Source of the DNA: Eledone cirrhosa
Lineage: Eukaryota
Direction: 5' to 3'
Assembly (NCBI GenBank): GCA_964016885.1
Contig: OZ024742.1
Span: 134,416,001 to 134,480,000, forward strand
Length of the DNA: 64,000 bases
Positions 14,124 to 28,033 of this stretch are shown one piece after another. How positions within the stretch are numbered: the stretch's first letter is position 1; the number at the start of each line of letters is the position of its first letter. A program made the translations under genes and the position numbers. The notes under the pieces were generated by a model. The model was not told the origin of the DNA and made no database searches. It was given only the letters and a program-made list of their open reading frames with translations.

Positions 14124-15039
14124 ATGGAGTATCAAGGAGAGCAAGGAGAGGGTAAGGCAAATATTGCTCATGTTATGCTGAAAGAAGACAAAGATGAAGA
14201 AGAGAAAGTAGAAAAAAATCAACTGAAGATGTACATTCTGCACCAAAATGACTTTTCTTCCCTTACAAACATCGAGTTTTCGTCTTTTGTATTCCTGGTA
14301 CAAAAACTCTCTTCTCGAGATTTTCTATCAGCACCGATTTCCTCGACAAAGTCCCTTCAACGGGGAAGGATGATCCTGGTTACAAAAGTGAACTTGAAAA
14401 ACTTGAGAAGACAGTTGTTATGAATGATGTTGCAGATTCAGGATTACAATAATATTCTCACAAAAGATGAAACTGAGAAACAGTTTGTTTTACAGGTCAT
14501 CACCGAAAATCGTAAAACATACCCAACTGCCACTAAACCCTCTCTTATGGAAAAATAACGTTAAAAAATAAGGTTCAATATTCAGTGTTCAGAGTTCACA
14601 TTATGTTTTTGATTCTATAGATATTATTGTTGTAAATAATAGTGCGTTTCTCTTATAGAAGTCGTGTGCTTTATTAAGAAAACCTAATATTTCTGAAATT
14701 TTTCATGTTATTGCAGGAATTTTTCCAATTAAATATTTTTAAATTTGATTCAGAACGTTTTGAAACAAATGCTGGGGTTGCCTGGATCTGTCCACATAAA
14801 TTTCTCTAAGAAGAAAAAAGAAAATGGTCGATATAGGTAACAGTAGACCGCCTTTGAACAGAATTAATCGTTACGTATATTATATTCCAACTTCATGGCA
14901 TTTGAGGGTCATCTAACATTTGTCAGATTGAGCTGAACTATTGCACACCTCGAGACTTTGTTTATTGAAATAGTACTAGGGGGTGGGAGCAGCAAACGTT
15001 TAACTTTCGGAAAATTATCTATTCTAAGGGCCACCCTAA
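14124..15039 (+). mobile_element. DNA transposase C-terminal remnant and 3' end, probably hAT-like (hATm-type)
   Basis: Frameshifted SRFSISTDFLDKVPST..VVMNDVA / IQDYNNILTKDETEKQFVLQVITENRKTYP; possible terminus CACCCTAA at 15032-15039. Family call from memory of motifs. Confidence 0.5.
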
Positions 15040-15090
15040 GGTACACACATACGCGCACACATATATAAATATATACACACACGTATGTAT

Positions 15091-15252
15091 GTGGTTGATG
15101 GCTGAGAGAAAAGAGTACTCAATCAAATCCGGAGTACTCAGTTCAGATCCGGCAAGGGTCAACTTTGCCTTTCATCCTTACTGGGTCGATAAAATAAAGC
15201 ACCAGTGATGCACTGGGGTAATTGCTGGTCTTGTGCCAAATGAAGAAACAAT
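15091..15252 (+). mobile_element. SINE family A body with a divergent head
   Basis: GTCAACTTTGCCTTTCATCCTTACTGGGTCGATAAAATAAAGCACCAG...TGTGCCAAA. Confidence 0.75.
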
Positions 15253-15463
15253 ATGTTTGTCGCATCACCAGTCTGAGGCGCATATTGATACTGGAGTCGG
15301 GTCCATAACTCCTATGAGTTACTCTGAGCGTAACAGGTCGATATGCAATAAATATTGTTCATATGTAAACGAAACTTCCTCGTTTTCCTATTATATACAC
15401 TCTGCCTATGGATAGAGTGCTTGAATTGGTATCAACACGAGTAATTCACTGTACTATCTACAC

Positions 15464-15470
<7 letters not shown>
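15235..15470 (+). repeat. Dispersed ~230-bp repeat; inverted copy at 24361-24598
   Basis: Near-identical reverse complement; both copies end at (TA)-rich sequence and include the SINE A tail. Confidence 0.85.
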
Positions 15471-15487
<17 letters not shown>

Positions 15488-15495
<8 letters not shown>

Positions 15496-15829
15496 TAACA
15501 GATTAAAGTTAAAGCAAAGAATCGCTGCTTTCACCCTTAACGGGATCTTCTGATACTAAAAAAAAAGGCAATCTGTGAACGCAGAAGTAAATAATTCAAA
15601 AAACGTTGCAACCGAAGGAAGACAGGAAGAGGATACTTTGGTTCACGGAAACGTTCCCTAGAAAAGAACGGAAAAAAATGAGGATAATACGTCATGATTT
15701 GGGGCGTTGAAAGCAGTACGTCTGCGAACATATATATATTTACATGTAGGTGTGTGTCTGCGCTTGTTATATACGTATTTATGTGTGTATATTTATTTAC
15801 GTTTATTTAATTATGTGTACACACACACA

Positions 15830-15914
<85 letters not shown>

Positions 15915-16599
15915 TTATATTTTTATATATATTTGTTATGTGTATTTGGTGTATACATCCGTATGTGTGCGGATACAGGCGTTGCGTGGATTCTGTAAGT
16001 ACGTGCGTGTTTTTTGTGTATGTGCTTGTATTTGCATACCCATGGCGAGTGCTTTCGCGTATGTTTGTGTATGTACGTTATGGATGCATGGATGTATATA
16101 TTTAATTTCAATTAACTCTGTATTTGATTTACTTTATTCTTAACTCTTAAGCCGAGGATCATTCGGTTTCCTAAATAGAATTTCAGTATACGATTTCAGA
16201 TATACCATTTACATGGTTTTGTCTGTGCGTGCAATTGTTCTCACCGTTCCACATATGACGCATTATCTTCGTTTTTTTTCGTTCATTGCCAGAGAATGTC
16301 TCCATGAACCACCTAATCGAATATTAGTCTACGACTTCATTTATAACATAAACATGGTTGTGTCTTTGCGTGTAATTGTTTTTCACCGCTCCAAATAATG
16401 ACGTATTATCCTCGTTTATTTCATTCTCTGCCAGGGAACTTTTCCACGAAACAACGTATCGTCTTCGTGTCTCCCTTTGGTTGCAACGTTTTTTAAAATA
16501 TTTACTTTTGCGTACACATTGACTATTCTAGTTTCAGAAGACATCGTTAAGGGTGAAATCAGCGACTCTTTGCCTAAACTTTAATCTGTTATTTTAATA
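15488..16599. mobile_element. Non-autonomous element with ~230-bp diverged inverted repeats
   Basis: TATTAAAATAACAGATTAAAGTT.. at 15488 vs ..AACTTTAATCTGTTATTTTAATA at 16599; internal subrepeat 16210-16320 / 16350-16460. Confidence 0.75.
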
Positions 16600-16844
16600 A
16601 ATATTTGCTCTACGATTCTTATATATCTGATATATATTTATCCTTATCGAGCCCTCTTTGGATTTTAGTCTTCCAATTAATTATTATTACTAGATATATA
16701 TATGCAGAGGTTATATTTAATTTGTTGGTATTCAACAAGCTTAAAAATGATTATAACTCATATAAAGCACTCAACAATAGGCTCCAACCGTTAAGGTTGT
16801 CTTTTTCCCGGGTATGCCAATATTTATTTATGAAACAAATCTGT

Positions 16845-16908
16845 ATTTTATCTGATGAAAGTGCACCACAATTTTCATTGGTTGCTCTTGAAATATATAT
16901 AATAAAAT
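16845..16908 (+). ncRNA. Hammerhead ribozyme, TATATA stem-III family
   Basis: ATTTTAT-CTGATGA-AAGTGCACCA..TGGTTGCTCTT-GAAA-TATATA-TA-ATAAAAT. Confidence 0.75.
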
Positions 16909-16938
16909 AAATATAGTTTCCATTTATTAATATATTGT

Positions 16939-17085
<147 letters not shown>

Positions 17086-17135
17086 TAAATCCCTGTACTA
17101 TCAACACTATATATATATATATATATGTATATATT

Positions 17136-17166
<31 letters not shown>

Positions 17167-17217
17167 GCATATATATATATAGTAATAATAATAAATATGT
17201 CTCTATATATATAGTAA

Positions 17218-17355
17218 TAATTGTTTCTTCTTTAGGCACAAGGCCAGCAATTACCCAGTGCATTACTGGTACTTTATTTTATCGACCCCGTAAGAATGAA
17301 AGGCAAAGTCAACCTCCGCGGGATTTGAACTCTGATCATAAAGGGACGTAACTAT
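17218..17355 (-). mobile_element. SINE family A, 5'-truncated
   Basis: Reverse complement of SINE body. Confidence 0.8.
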
Positions 17356-17369
17356 ATATAGTAATAATA

Positions 17370-17475
<106 letters not shown>

Positions 17476-17508
17476 ATTATTATTATGTAATAAACAACAT
17501 AAGGCAAT

Positions 17509-17573
17509 TTTTCCATTTACCAGTGGTTTCTTAAAAGCAAAAGGTTTTGCTTTCAATCCTCAGAACGGAAAAA
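17509..17573 (-). ncRNA. Hammerhead ribozyme, apparently intact
   Basis: TTTTCCGTT-CTGAGGA-TTGAAAGCAAAA cc TTTTGCTTTTAA-GAAA-CCACTGG-TA-AATGGAAAA. Confidence 0.85.
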
Positions 17574-17856
17574 TCCTGGTTTGTTTATTGAATTTGGACT
17601 ACAAACAAAAATGCAATCTATATGAAAGTGAGGCTGGAGAAGGAAGAAGGAAAGGAAAAATAAAATAAAATAAAACTACGCATGCAAACACACACACAAA
17701 AAAACCCAAAAGCATACTTACACTCACATACATATATACATATATATATATGTACGCATACATATATACATATACACATATATATAAAACGTACACTTAC
17801 ATACACAAATACATATATACACACATATACACATACAAACATTAATACATATACAC

Positions 17857-17888
<32 letters not shown>

Positions 17889-18381
17889 GCATATCCACAC
17901 ACATATATATATGTACATATATATATATATATATACATATATATGCATATACACACATACACATACACACACATACACATGTGTGTGTACAAGCATACAC
18001 ATACACAAACATAGCCATACACACACACATATATATATACACATATATACATTCACACAAACATACAAAACGTACATACATACATGAATGCACTCCTCTA
18101 CATATTCACACACGCAAATAAATATGAGAAAAAAAATATATATATATATATTTTAAAAATTTTTGACACCGATACATGACCCAGCTAACAGGACAGACAC
18201 GCGTGGTAAGTAATACACACAAAAGCACGTATACATACGTACGAAATAGTAAACACATACACACACTCTCATACATAAATATACATAAACAAATACAAAA
18301 ACACATACATACACATACATACACAAACACGCACACGTATACATATTAAACACACACACATATGTATATGTAATTATATAT

Positions 18382-18456
<75 letters not shown>

Positions 18457-18462
<6 letters not shown>

Positions 18463-18829
18463 ATCAAATAAATGGAAACTATATTTATAAAACCATATTT
18501 ATTTCATTATATATATTTCGGGGATATCATATTAACAATATGCTATGCCTTCCTCAGACAAAATACAATATAAACAGTTTTATAGATAAATAGATTCGAC
18601 ATACCGTAACAACACCGACTTGCATTTGAAGAGGTTGAACCGGCAGTTCAACCTCTTCAAATGCAAGTCGGTGTTGTTACGGTATGTCGAATCTATTTAT
18701 ATATAAAACTGTTTATATTGTATTTTGTCTGAGGAAGGCATAGCATATTGTTAATATGATATCCCCGAAATATATATAATGAAATAAATATGGTTTTATA
18801 AATATAGTTTCCATTTATTTAATATTGTA
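18457..18829. mobile_element. Palindromic mini-element with a hammerhead in each arm
   Basis: ~185-bp arms, loop CGGCA at ~18643; same family as 16710-16940 and 46560-46810. Confidence 0.85.
18722..18785 (+). ncRNA. Hammerhead ribozyme (mirror at 18501-18564, minus)
   Basis: ATTTTGT-CTGAGGA-AGGCATAGCATATT..AATATGATATCCCC-GAAA-TATATA-TA-ATGAAAT. Confidence 0.7.
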
Positions 18830-18916
18830 AATATACTCCAAATATTTGTCGAGTGCTTTTATATCAGTTATAAATATTTACTAGTTGTAACCCAACAATT
18901 TTAAATATAACTTTCC

Positions 18917-18955
<39 letters not shown>

Positions 18956-19094
18956 TATATATATATATATACAAAAATATAAAAATATAAACGCACACAC
19001 ACACACACATATACGTAAACACACATATACATACATAGCTAAACAATTATACACATGCAAATACGTATATATCAAAAACACGCACAACCAAATA

Positions 19095-19127
<33 letters not shown>

Positions 19128-19172
19128 CCACACACACATATACATAAAAAAATAATAAATACACACACACAT

Positions 19173-19218
<46 letters not shown>

Positions 19219-20523
19219 TGTATAAAATCAATACAATATTATTACCTCATTACCAGAGGTTTCCCGAATGAGGCGAATACGAAATAAACGACTTCATTCG
19301 TTCGTCAGACGAGGCAATATAAAACATGGGCAAATACTTAGAAAAACACATCAAGAAAATCTAAAAAATATATAGATAAATGAAATAGAAATTGAAATAT
19401 ATAAAAATCTATCAAGAAAAATAGTTAGGTGTGTGTATGTGTATGTATATACGCTCACAGATGTGCATATATGTATATGTGCACATGTAAATGTATAGTT
19501 AGAAAGTGTGCGTAATTATAAAAATTTAGGGCAAGTGTATCTATATGTCTGTATTATACAGACAGAAATGGTTACATCGTAAATATAAGAATATAAAGTC
19601 GCGCGCATAAAAACGCCTGGACACTCGTACACTTAGATGCGGAAAGAAAGGAGGTAAAGAGTGTATAATAATTGAAAGAAAAGTATCGGTCTCGATATAT
19701 TTATAAAAATATAGTAACGATAAATTAGAAAGAAAAGATAGAAAGAAAAAATTAAAGAAAACAAAAAAAGGGGGGGTACATACATACACAGACACGCGTG
19801 TCTCACAAAAGAAATGTAAAAATAATTATGCTTATATACACACACGCAATTACACTTCCATACGTTCGATACGTACATACACACACACACACATACTTAT
19901 ACTAGCGCATATAAACCTATTTGCATGCCCATGTATGAAACTGAGTAAGTAACAAAAGAGGGAAGGGGGGGGGGGAGAAGAAAAAAGGAACAAAAACATA
20001 AAAACGTAATATCAAAAACACGGATATAAAGACAACTACACATACGCATAGTATATACATACACACACACACAAACACCTATACACACACACATACATAC
20101 GCGCACATATATATATATATTTATATATACACATACATACACGCACACGCGCGCACATACGTAGTCACTCATGTACATATATAAAAAGTATACACACATT
20201 AAGTCGTTCAGCCATATTGAAATATGGATAAATAAGTACAAGTATAAAATTGTAAGATAGGCTGCGCAAAAATAAAATAAAAATAAAAATGAAAAATATA
20301 TCTGGATTGAAAAACACAAAAGACAAGTATAATCAGTTAGTGGAGGAAAAGGGAAGTAAAAGAAGGGGAAGTAAAAAATAGAAAATAGGAAGTGGATCGG
20401 AGAATGAAGGGGGGGGGGGGGGGTGAAGTAAAAATAAATAAAAATGAAAATAAATGAAATTATTGACAAGGATAAGAATGAAAGTAATTCAGAAAGGGTA
20501 ATTAAAAAGAGAATAATAATAGT

Positions 20524-21369
20524 TTATGGAGGATAAGCATCTGAAAGTGTGTTAAGTTTATATGAGCTGGAAAGCAGGTGTGATTTCATGTGTGGGCAAC
20601 TGGTAAAAATTTCCGTCTTTGTGTTCAGGCAGGTCTTTGGTGATTTAAAATTTTGCAATAACCAACATTTTTCGTTTATGCAGAGCGTGCATTTTCTTGT
20701 TCCTCTAGCATATTTTTTAGATTGGTTCAACATTGACCAATCTAGTTTATATTGGATGCCTTGCTCTTTCAAATCCCAGATTCTGCTAGCCAGAGCTGTT
20801 GTAAATCTTTTTTCTGGATGTCGAAAGGATGCGACATGTGAGTAATAACGCGTTTTGAATCTGTCTTGCGTCATACCCACATATCGTTCACTGGTGACTG
20901 GATGGTTGTTGCTGATGGTTGTCACATTAGCCGCATATACAATGGCTTTGGTGTTGCATTTACCTTGTAATGGGCATTCACTTTTGATTCTACAGGAGCA
21001 AGTTTGATTTTCTCTAGGTGAAATTTTGTTGAGGATATAGGACTTAATAGGGGGACCGCAGGAATAGCTAATTTTAACACAGTTTCGGTTAAAGATCTTA
21101 TAGTATCTATGTGTTCTAGGGAAATGTTTATCTAGGAGTTCTAGGAATTTTTTGCCTACATTAGTTTTAACTGCTAGAGAGTAGGGGGGTGTGAACCAGA
21201 TTATTTTTCTTTTCCTATTTATATGTTTAAAAGAGTTAGTGTAGTTAGGTATGTATTTAATCGGTTCGCTAAAGCCGCTATTTTGGAGGGCTATATTATA
21301 GTAGGGGGATGCCTTATTGAAAATAGCTTCTGATGAAGAGAGGGTGGAGATCCTACGGATAAGGTTTTT
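20524..21369 (-). pseudogene. Naiad-like PLE thumb/linker plus GIY-YIG endonuclease; 5'-truncated but frame open
   Basis: Manual translation: RRISTLSS..RKRKIIWFTPPYS..VGKKFLELLDKHFP..IFNRNCVKISYSC..CSCR..CPLQGKC..IVY..YVGMT..FKTR..CTLCINEK..YPP*. Confidence 0.9.
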
Positions 21370-22783
21370 AAAAACTATAGGTGGAATATGCTAGAGGAAC
21401 AAGAAAATGCACGCTCTGCATAAATGAAAAATTTTGGATATTGCAAAATCTTAAATCACCAAAGACCTGCCTGAACACAAAGACGGAAATTTTTACCAGT
21501 TGCCCACACATGAAATCACACCTGCTTTCCAGCTCATATAAACTTAACACACTTTCAGATACTTATCCTCCATAAACTCTTATTATTCTCTTTTTAATTA
21601 CCCTTTCTGACTTACTTTCATTCTTATCCTTGTCATTAATTTCATTTATTTTCACTTTTATTTATTTTTACTTCAACACCCCCCCCCCCTTTATTCTCCG
21701 ATCCACTTCCTATTTTCTATGTTTTACTTCCCCTTCTTTTACTTCCCTTTTCCTCCACTAACTGATTATATTTGTCTTTTGTGTTTTTCAATCCAGATAT
21801 ATTTTTCATTTTTATTTTTATTTTATTTTTGCGCAGCCTATCTTACAATTTTATACTTGTACTTATTTATCCACATTTCAATATGGCTGAACGCCTTAAT
21901 GTGTGTATACTTTTTATATATGTACATGAGTGACTACGTATGTGCGCGCGCGTGCGTGTATGTGTGTGTATATATAGATATAGATATATATATATGTGCG
22001 CGTATGTATGTGTGTGTGTATAGGTGTTTGTGTGTGTGTGTATGTATATATTATGCGTATCTGTAGTTGTCTTTATATCCGTGTTTTTGACATTACGTTT
22101 TTATGTTTTTGTTCCTTTTTTCTTCTCCCCTCCCTTCCCTCTTTTGTTACTTACTCAGTTTCATACGTGGGCATGCAAATAGGTTTATATGCGCTAGTAT
22201 AAGTGTGTGTGTGTGTATGTACGTATCGAACGTATGGAAGTGTAATTGCGTGTGTGTATATAAACATAATTATTTTTACATTTCTTTTGTGAGACACGCG
22301 TGTCTGTGTATGTATGTAATCCCCCCCCCCCCTTTTTTGTTTTCTTTAATTTTTTCTTTCTATCTTTTCTTTCTAATTTATCGTTACTATATTTTTATAA
22401 ATATATCGAGACCGATACTTTTCTTTTAATTATACACTCTTTACCTCCTTTCTTTCCGCATCTAAGTGTACGAGTGTCCAGGCGTTTTTATGCGCGCGAC
22501 TTTATATTCTTATATTTACGATGTAACCATTTCTGTCTGTATAATACAGACATATAGATACACTTGCCCTAAATTTTTATAATTACGCACACTTTCTAAC
22601 TATACATTTACATGTGCACATATACATATATGCACATCTGTGAGCGTATATACATACACATACACACACCTAACTATTTTTCTTGATAGATTTTTATATA
22701 TTTCAATTTCTATTTCATTTATCTATATATTTTTTAGATTTTCTTGATGTGTTTTTCTAAGTATTTGCCCATGTTTTATATTG

Positions 22784-22853
22784 CCTCGTCTGACGAACGA
22801 ATGAAGTCGTTTATTTCGTATTCGCCTCATTCGGGAAACCTCTGGTAATGAGG
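22784..22853 (+). ncRNA. Hammerhead ribozyme at PLE 3' end (mirror at 19245-19314, minus)
   Basis: CCTCGT-CTGACGA-aCGAATGA..TCATTCGg-GAAA-CCTCTGG-TA-ATGAGG. Confidence 0.85.
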
Positions 22854-22958
22854 TAATAATATTGTATTGATTTTATACATTAAATTTTGCTCTGATACTG
22901 ACATAGAGCACTCTTCATTTCTATGACCTTTTCTGTTTCTAACTGAAATTTCAATACC

Positions 22959-22990
<32 letters not shown>

Positions 22991-23079
22991 TACACACATA
23001 CGTACATATATACATATGCATACACATACACACACACATATACATGTGTGTATGTGTAAAACTCAGTATTAGGAAAGAC

Positions 23080-24260
23080 AAATGAACCTTACATAAACGT
23101 ATATATAGTAGTAAAGTAATAAAGCAACATAAGGCAATTATTCCATTCACCAGAGGTTTCTTAAAAGCAAAAAAACGTTTCCTTCAGTCTTCAGAATGAA
23201 AAAAATTAAAAAAACCTGGTTTATCCACATATACATACATATACACACACAAATATACATATATATACACATACACATACACACACATACACATATATAT
23301 ATATATATACATTCATATATATACATACATATATACATATATATATATACACATATATATATATACACACAAAAATACATACACATACGCATAGGTATGT
23401 GAAGGGCAAAACAAAAAGAATATATGGGGGGGGGGGGGGTAAGAGGAGGTAAAATATAAGGGAAGGTAAGGGAGAAAAAATGTTTGTAAATATACAAGAG
23501 GACAGAAGGTAGAATCAGCAAAATAAAAACCGTAGCAGAAGTAAAGAGCAGGAAAGGAGTTCAAGGCGGTTGATTTATCATAGGAGTGTCAATCCAGTTA
23601 CAGATCAGATGCGATTTCAGATGAGAACAGCATCTGAAGATCTCAGTCTTTGAGTTAAGGCAAGCGGAAGTGGCTCTCAAGTTTAGCAAAATCCTATACT
23701 TTTCAGTGGTGCACAAAGAACAATTCTTTGTGCCCCTTTGGTACTCCCTCGAATGGTCTAATATAGACCAATCAATAGAGTACGGGATATTACTATCCTT
23801 GAGATACCATACCTTACTTGCGAGGGCCGGTGATGTTCGTTTATCAGAGTGCTTAAAAGAAGCGACATGTGAGTAAAATCTGGTTTTAAACCTGTCCTGG
23901 GTCATACCGACATATCGCTCACTCCTGGCTGGGTGGTTGTTGATAACTGGCGTTATCTTAGCCTCATAAACGACATATTTTGTGTTACATTTACCCTGCA
24001 ATGGGCATTCATCCGGCTTCCTGCAACTGCATCCTGGATTTATCCTCGTACGGTTTGAACTGGTGATTTTGGACTTCATGGATGGGCAACAAGAGTAGCT
24101 GATCTTAACTACATTCCTATTAAAAATCTTATAATATCTATGAATAGGAGGTAAATGTATGTCTAATAGTTCAAGGAATTTCCTTCCTGCATTAATAATT
24201 AAGCTCTGTTGCCTACATAGAGCACTCTTTTTTCCTGGACTTTTCCGATGGAATTACTTC

Positions 24261-24265
<5 letters not shown>
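23080..24265 (-). mobile_element. Third Naiad-like PLE fragment (GIY-YIG ORF 23561-24190, 3' UTR, mutated hammerhead at 23141-23200)
   Basis: GRKFLELLD..IFNRNVVKISYSC..CSCRKPDECPLQGKC..VVY..YVGMTQDRFKTR..CSLCTTEK..QPP*; core CTGAAGA..GAAACCTCTGGTG. Confidence 0.88.
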
Positions 24266-24358
<93 letters not shown>

Positions 24359-24629
24359 ATATATAGTGTAGATAGCACAGTGAATTACTCGTGTTGATAC
24401 CAATTCAAGCACTCTATCCACAGGCAGAGTGTATATAATAGAAAAACGAGGACGTTTCGTTTACATATGTACAATATTTATTGCGTATCGACCTGTTACG
24501 CTCAAGGTAACTCATAGGAGTTATGGACCCGACTCCAGTATCGATATGCGCCTCAGACTGGTGATGCGACAAACATATATTTTTTCTACATTTGGCAACA
24601 AATAGATGTTATTATATCGATGTTATTAT

Positions 24630-24721
<92 letters not shown>

Positions 24722-24812
24722 GAAAGTTAGAGTTAATAACTCTTACTGAAACCCTGTAATCAATAAGCTCCAAGTAAAAATACTGACCATTATAATAATA
24801 TATATGTAGTAA

Positions 24813-25280
24813 GTGTCTAATATTACGATGGTTGAAAAACCACATTTGTTTGAAATATTTAACCATGAAGCAGTCAGAATGATAAAATAAAATAAAATGA
24901 TATTATACAAACCGCCTCAATAACAATTACATCTCTCTGACAGATTAGGGATAATCTGTTTCGCCCTGAGTGTGTTTGTAACCAATACACTCATACCACT
25001 TTTGACCTATGGCGCACGAGGTGATAAATTCATCTTTCTGTGTGAACGTTGGTACTAGGTTTTTGTCGCATTTAATCAGATTCTCTCGCGGATGATGCCC
25101 AGGTTTATCTCTTACAAACACACTCAGGGCGAAACAGATTATCCCTAATCTGTCCGAGAGACGTAATTGTTATTGAGACGGTTTGTATAATATAATTTTA
25201 TTTTATTTTATCATTCTGTCTCCCTCATGGTTAAATATTTCAAACAAATGTGGTTTTTCAACCCTCGTAATATTAGACAC
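24813..25280. mobile_element. Inverted-repeat mini-element (arms 24813-24981 and 25112-25280) between (TA)n tracts
   Basis: Arms are reverse complements; hammerhead-like motif spans the spacer/right-arm boundary. Confidence 0.8.
25082..25161 (+). ncRNA. Hammerhead motif with stable stem III and one core substitution
   Basis: TCTCTCG-CGGATGA-tGCCC..GGGC-GAAA-CAGATT atccct AATCTG-TC-CGAGAGA. Confidence 0.7.
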
Positions 25281-25303
25281 ACGGTTTACTGTGTATATAT
25301 ATA

Positions 25304-25384
<81 letters not shown>

Positions 25385-25550
25385 TATATATATATATACA
25401 TACATAACATCGATATAATAACATCGTTTGTTGATTAATATTCCCTCAATGCAAATTTGACGCTAAAATACAGAAGCAGAGGAAAGTCACATATATATTG
25501 TTATAAGCGCAATAATGCTTATAAACATGGAGAATCTATAATCAATTAGA

Positions 25551-25733
25551 ATAATTGTTTCTACGTTAGGCACAAGGCCAGCAAATTACCCAGTGCATTA
25601 CTGGTACTTTATTTTATCGACCCCGTAAGGATGAAAGGCAAAGTCAACCTCGGCGGGATTTGAACTCAGATCGTAAAGGGACGTAACTATGCTGGAAAGC
25701 ATGGCGTCCGACCCTCTACCGATACTGCCAATT
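25551..25733 (-). mobile_element. SINE family A with target-site duplication
   Basis: Reverse complement of SINE; CAATTAGAATAAT at both ends. Confidence 0.85.
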
Positions 25734-26389
25734 AGAATAATGAAATAGTACTTACGTTATATTACAATGAACATTTATTAATGTCAAGATTCGAACTCTC
25801 ACCAGTGCTTCAATTTTATTAATTGAATAATTATATAAGATATTGCCTGTACATAAATAAATTTGAATTGAGACACAAAAACATGCATTGAATATCAGGT
25901 CATCTGGCAGCATCCGCTGTCTTAGACTCTAGGAGATGGAGGCAGTGCTAAATATAGCTCCTTGCAAAGCATGAAGTATCGCTACCGTATTATTTCTTTT
26001 TAAAAACCGGAAGTCTTAAAATACAATATATAAATTGATATATAAAATATTAACTTGATGACCTTTAACATATTGTTACAATTTTGATATTAAAACAACA
26101 AGACAGGTGGAACTCACATGGTTAATGTTTTAGCTACAAAAGATATATACATTTTGTATAAATACATCAAAATCATAAAACCGTTACATAAGTAATATAT
26201 ATTTGTGTGTGTATGTGTAATTGTGCCTGTGAGTGTATGTGTATGTGCGTTTGTATAGATACCCTTTCATCTGGATATCGTACAACAAATTGTACTTTCA
26301 ATTTGGACTTGAGCCTTAATATGATGAAATGCCTGTGTGTCATATAAAGAAGGACTCTTGATTTGACCAAGTAGTGCAATGATGTGTGG

Positions 26390-27310
26390 CAATTTTGAGG
26401 GATAAATATACAATGGTGCATCGACACACACTGTCATTTTATCAAGGTCCTTTCGAAACGTTTGCTTGTGATATGAAAGGGGCCTCGCGCCGATTCAGTT
26501 CAAGCTTGCCAAAAATCATTAATTTTATGGCCAGAAGTAACATGTGGGCACCATTTCCCGGTGTCAATGTTTTTGCAGAGTTTCTTCGAAGGCTTCTGAA
26601 TCTTGTAATATTCTTTGTTACTGAAGTATGTTTTTATCCTTCATCATATTGTTCTAGTTGAGAAAAGCGACGATAGCTTAATTAATCAAGTGTCCTCATT
26701 CGAAATCCATCATTCCATCGAGTAGTGGGTGTGTGAAAGAGCAACTCTTGCCTCCAAAACATCGCAGTGAATGCCAACAGAATGCATATCTCATAAATGT
26801 TCCCGGGAGAGAGCCAAACCTATAAATCTATCGACAAAGTTTCCGACGATTGCGAATCTGTTCATTATCCCGTTGAATTGCTCAACTGTCTGGAACCGTT
26901 CGGTATGCAACCATACAACATTTAATTGAATACAAGCACAGTCATCATGTATCTCAGAAATTTGGATCAATCAATATTGTGCAATGAAACGCGAATGAAC
27001 AACAGCCTCACAATATTGAACGTAAAATCCTGAATGGCTGCAGTGAGGGTGATCTCGTATTTATACCTAGAATGCCACTAACACCAACAAATGTCCCGTT
27101 TCGTTTCATACGATTGGATTTTCCAATGAGAGTCAGATACGCAATGACCTTCAACACATCACAAGGTGAAACAATGCAGTTTGTCTGTTTCCATCAAGAG
27201 GTGTTTCTTATACGGACAATTGTATGTATGTGGTTTCAAAGTAGGAAATCACCACATATTCTCAATATGCTCAAACGAAATAAGTTTCAAAATTGTATAT
27301 AGTAATGTTC
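26390..27310 (+). pseudogene. Helitron Pif1-like helicase remnant
   Basis: YKSIDKV..HYPVELLNCLEPFG, IMYLRNLD..LCNETR, VFIPRMPLTP..RLDFPMRVRYAMTFNTSQGET; many stops and frameshifts. Confidence 0.85.
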
Positions 27311-27622
27311 TGTAAATATTTTATAATTTTCGTAGAATACATTTTTTTTATTTTCTCTATTAACTTCTGTATATTCGAAATAAATTGTTATAATTACATT
27401 ATGTGATTTAAAAAACCTTTATTCTAGGTGAAACGGGCATTACGGTTGATGACAATAGGTGCCGACTAATGACCGGAGTGAAGACTGGGTGAACAGAAAT
27501 CCGACGAGCTTTTGATTCCAGAGTCGGGCCAGATCGAATTTTGAGCTGATCAATATCGAACCACGTGTCAACGATCAATAAACGTAATAATGTATTAACA
27601 AAGCGTCCTTGTGTTATTATAT

Positions 27623-27687
<65 letters not shown>

Positions 27688-27690
<3 letters not shown>

Positions 27691-27997
27691 TATGTATGTA
27701 TACGTACATACATATATGTATACAGACGTACAGTAGTATGTATATATATAGATACATGCACACATATATATATGCACGTATCGGTTTACCGAACATTTAT
27801 TATAATGCTCGGTTTGTTTGTTTGTAAACAAACAAACAGCCCGAATTACACCGTACAGTGTTTAGGGAACCTCAGTGATTGCCTAAACACTGTACGGCGT
27901 AATTCGGGCTGTTTGTTTGCTTACAAACAAACAAACCGAGCATTATAATAAATGTTCGGTAAACCGATACGTGCATATATATATATATGTGTGCATG

Positions 27998-28033
<36 letters not shown>

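Larger units (their letters stand above)
19215..22885. mobile_element. Naiad-like PLE insertion forming a ~1.5-kb-arm inverted repeat
   Basis: ~19215-20712 is the reverse complement of ~21385-22885; two 5'-truncated copies joined head-to-head. Confidence 0.92.

Noticed and set aside
20524-24190. Possible selenocysteine recoding, reported for some Naiad PLEs
   Set aside because: Manual translation of 20524-21369 and 23561-24190 shows no in-frame TGA, and I saw no convincing SECIS; the missing RT part cannot be judged
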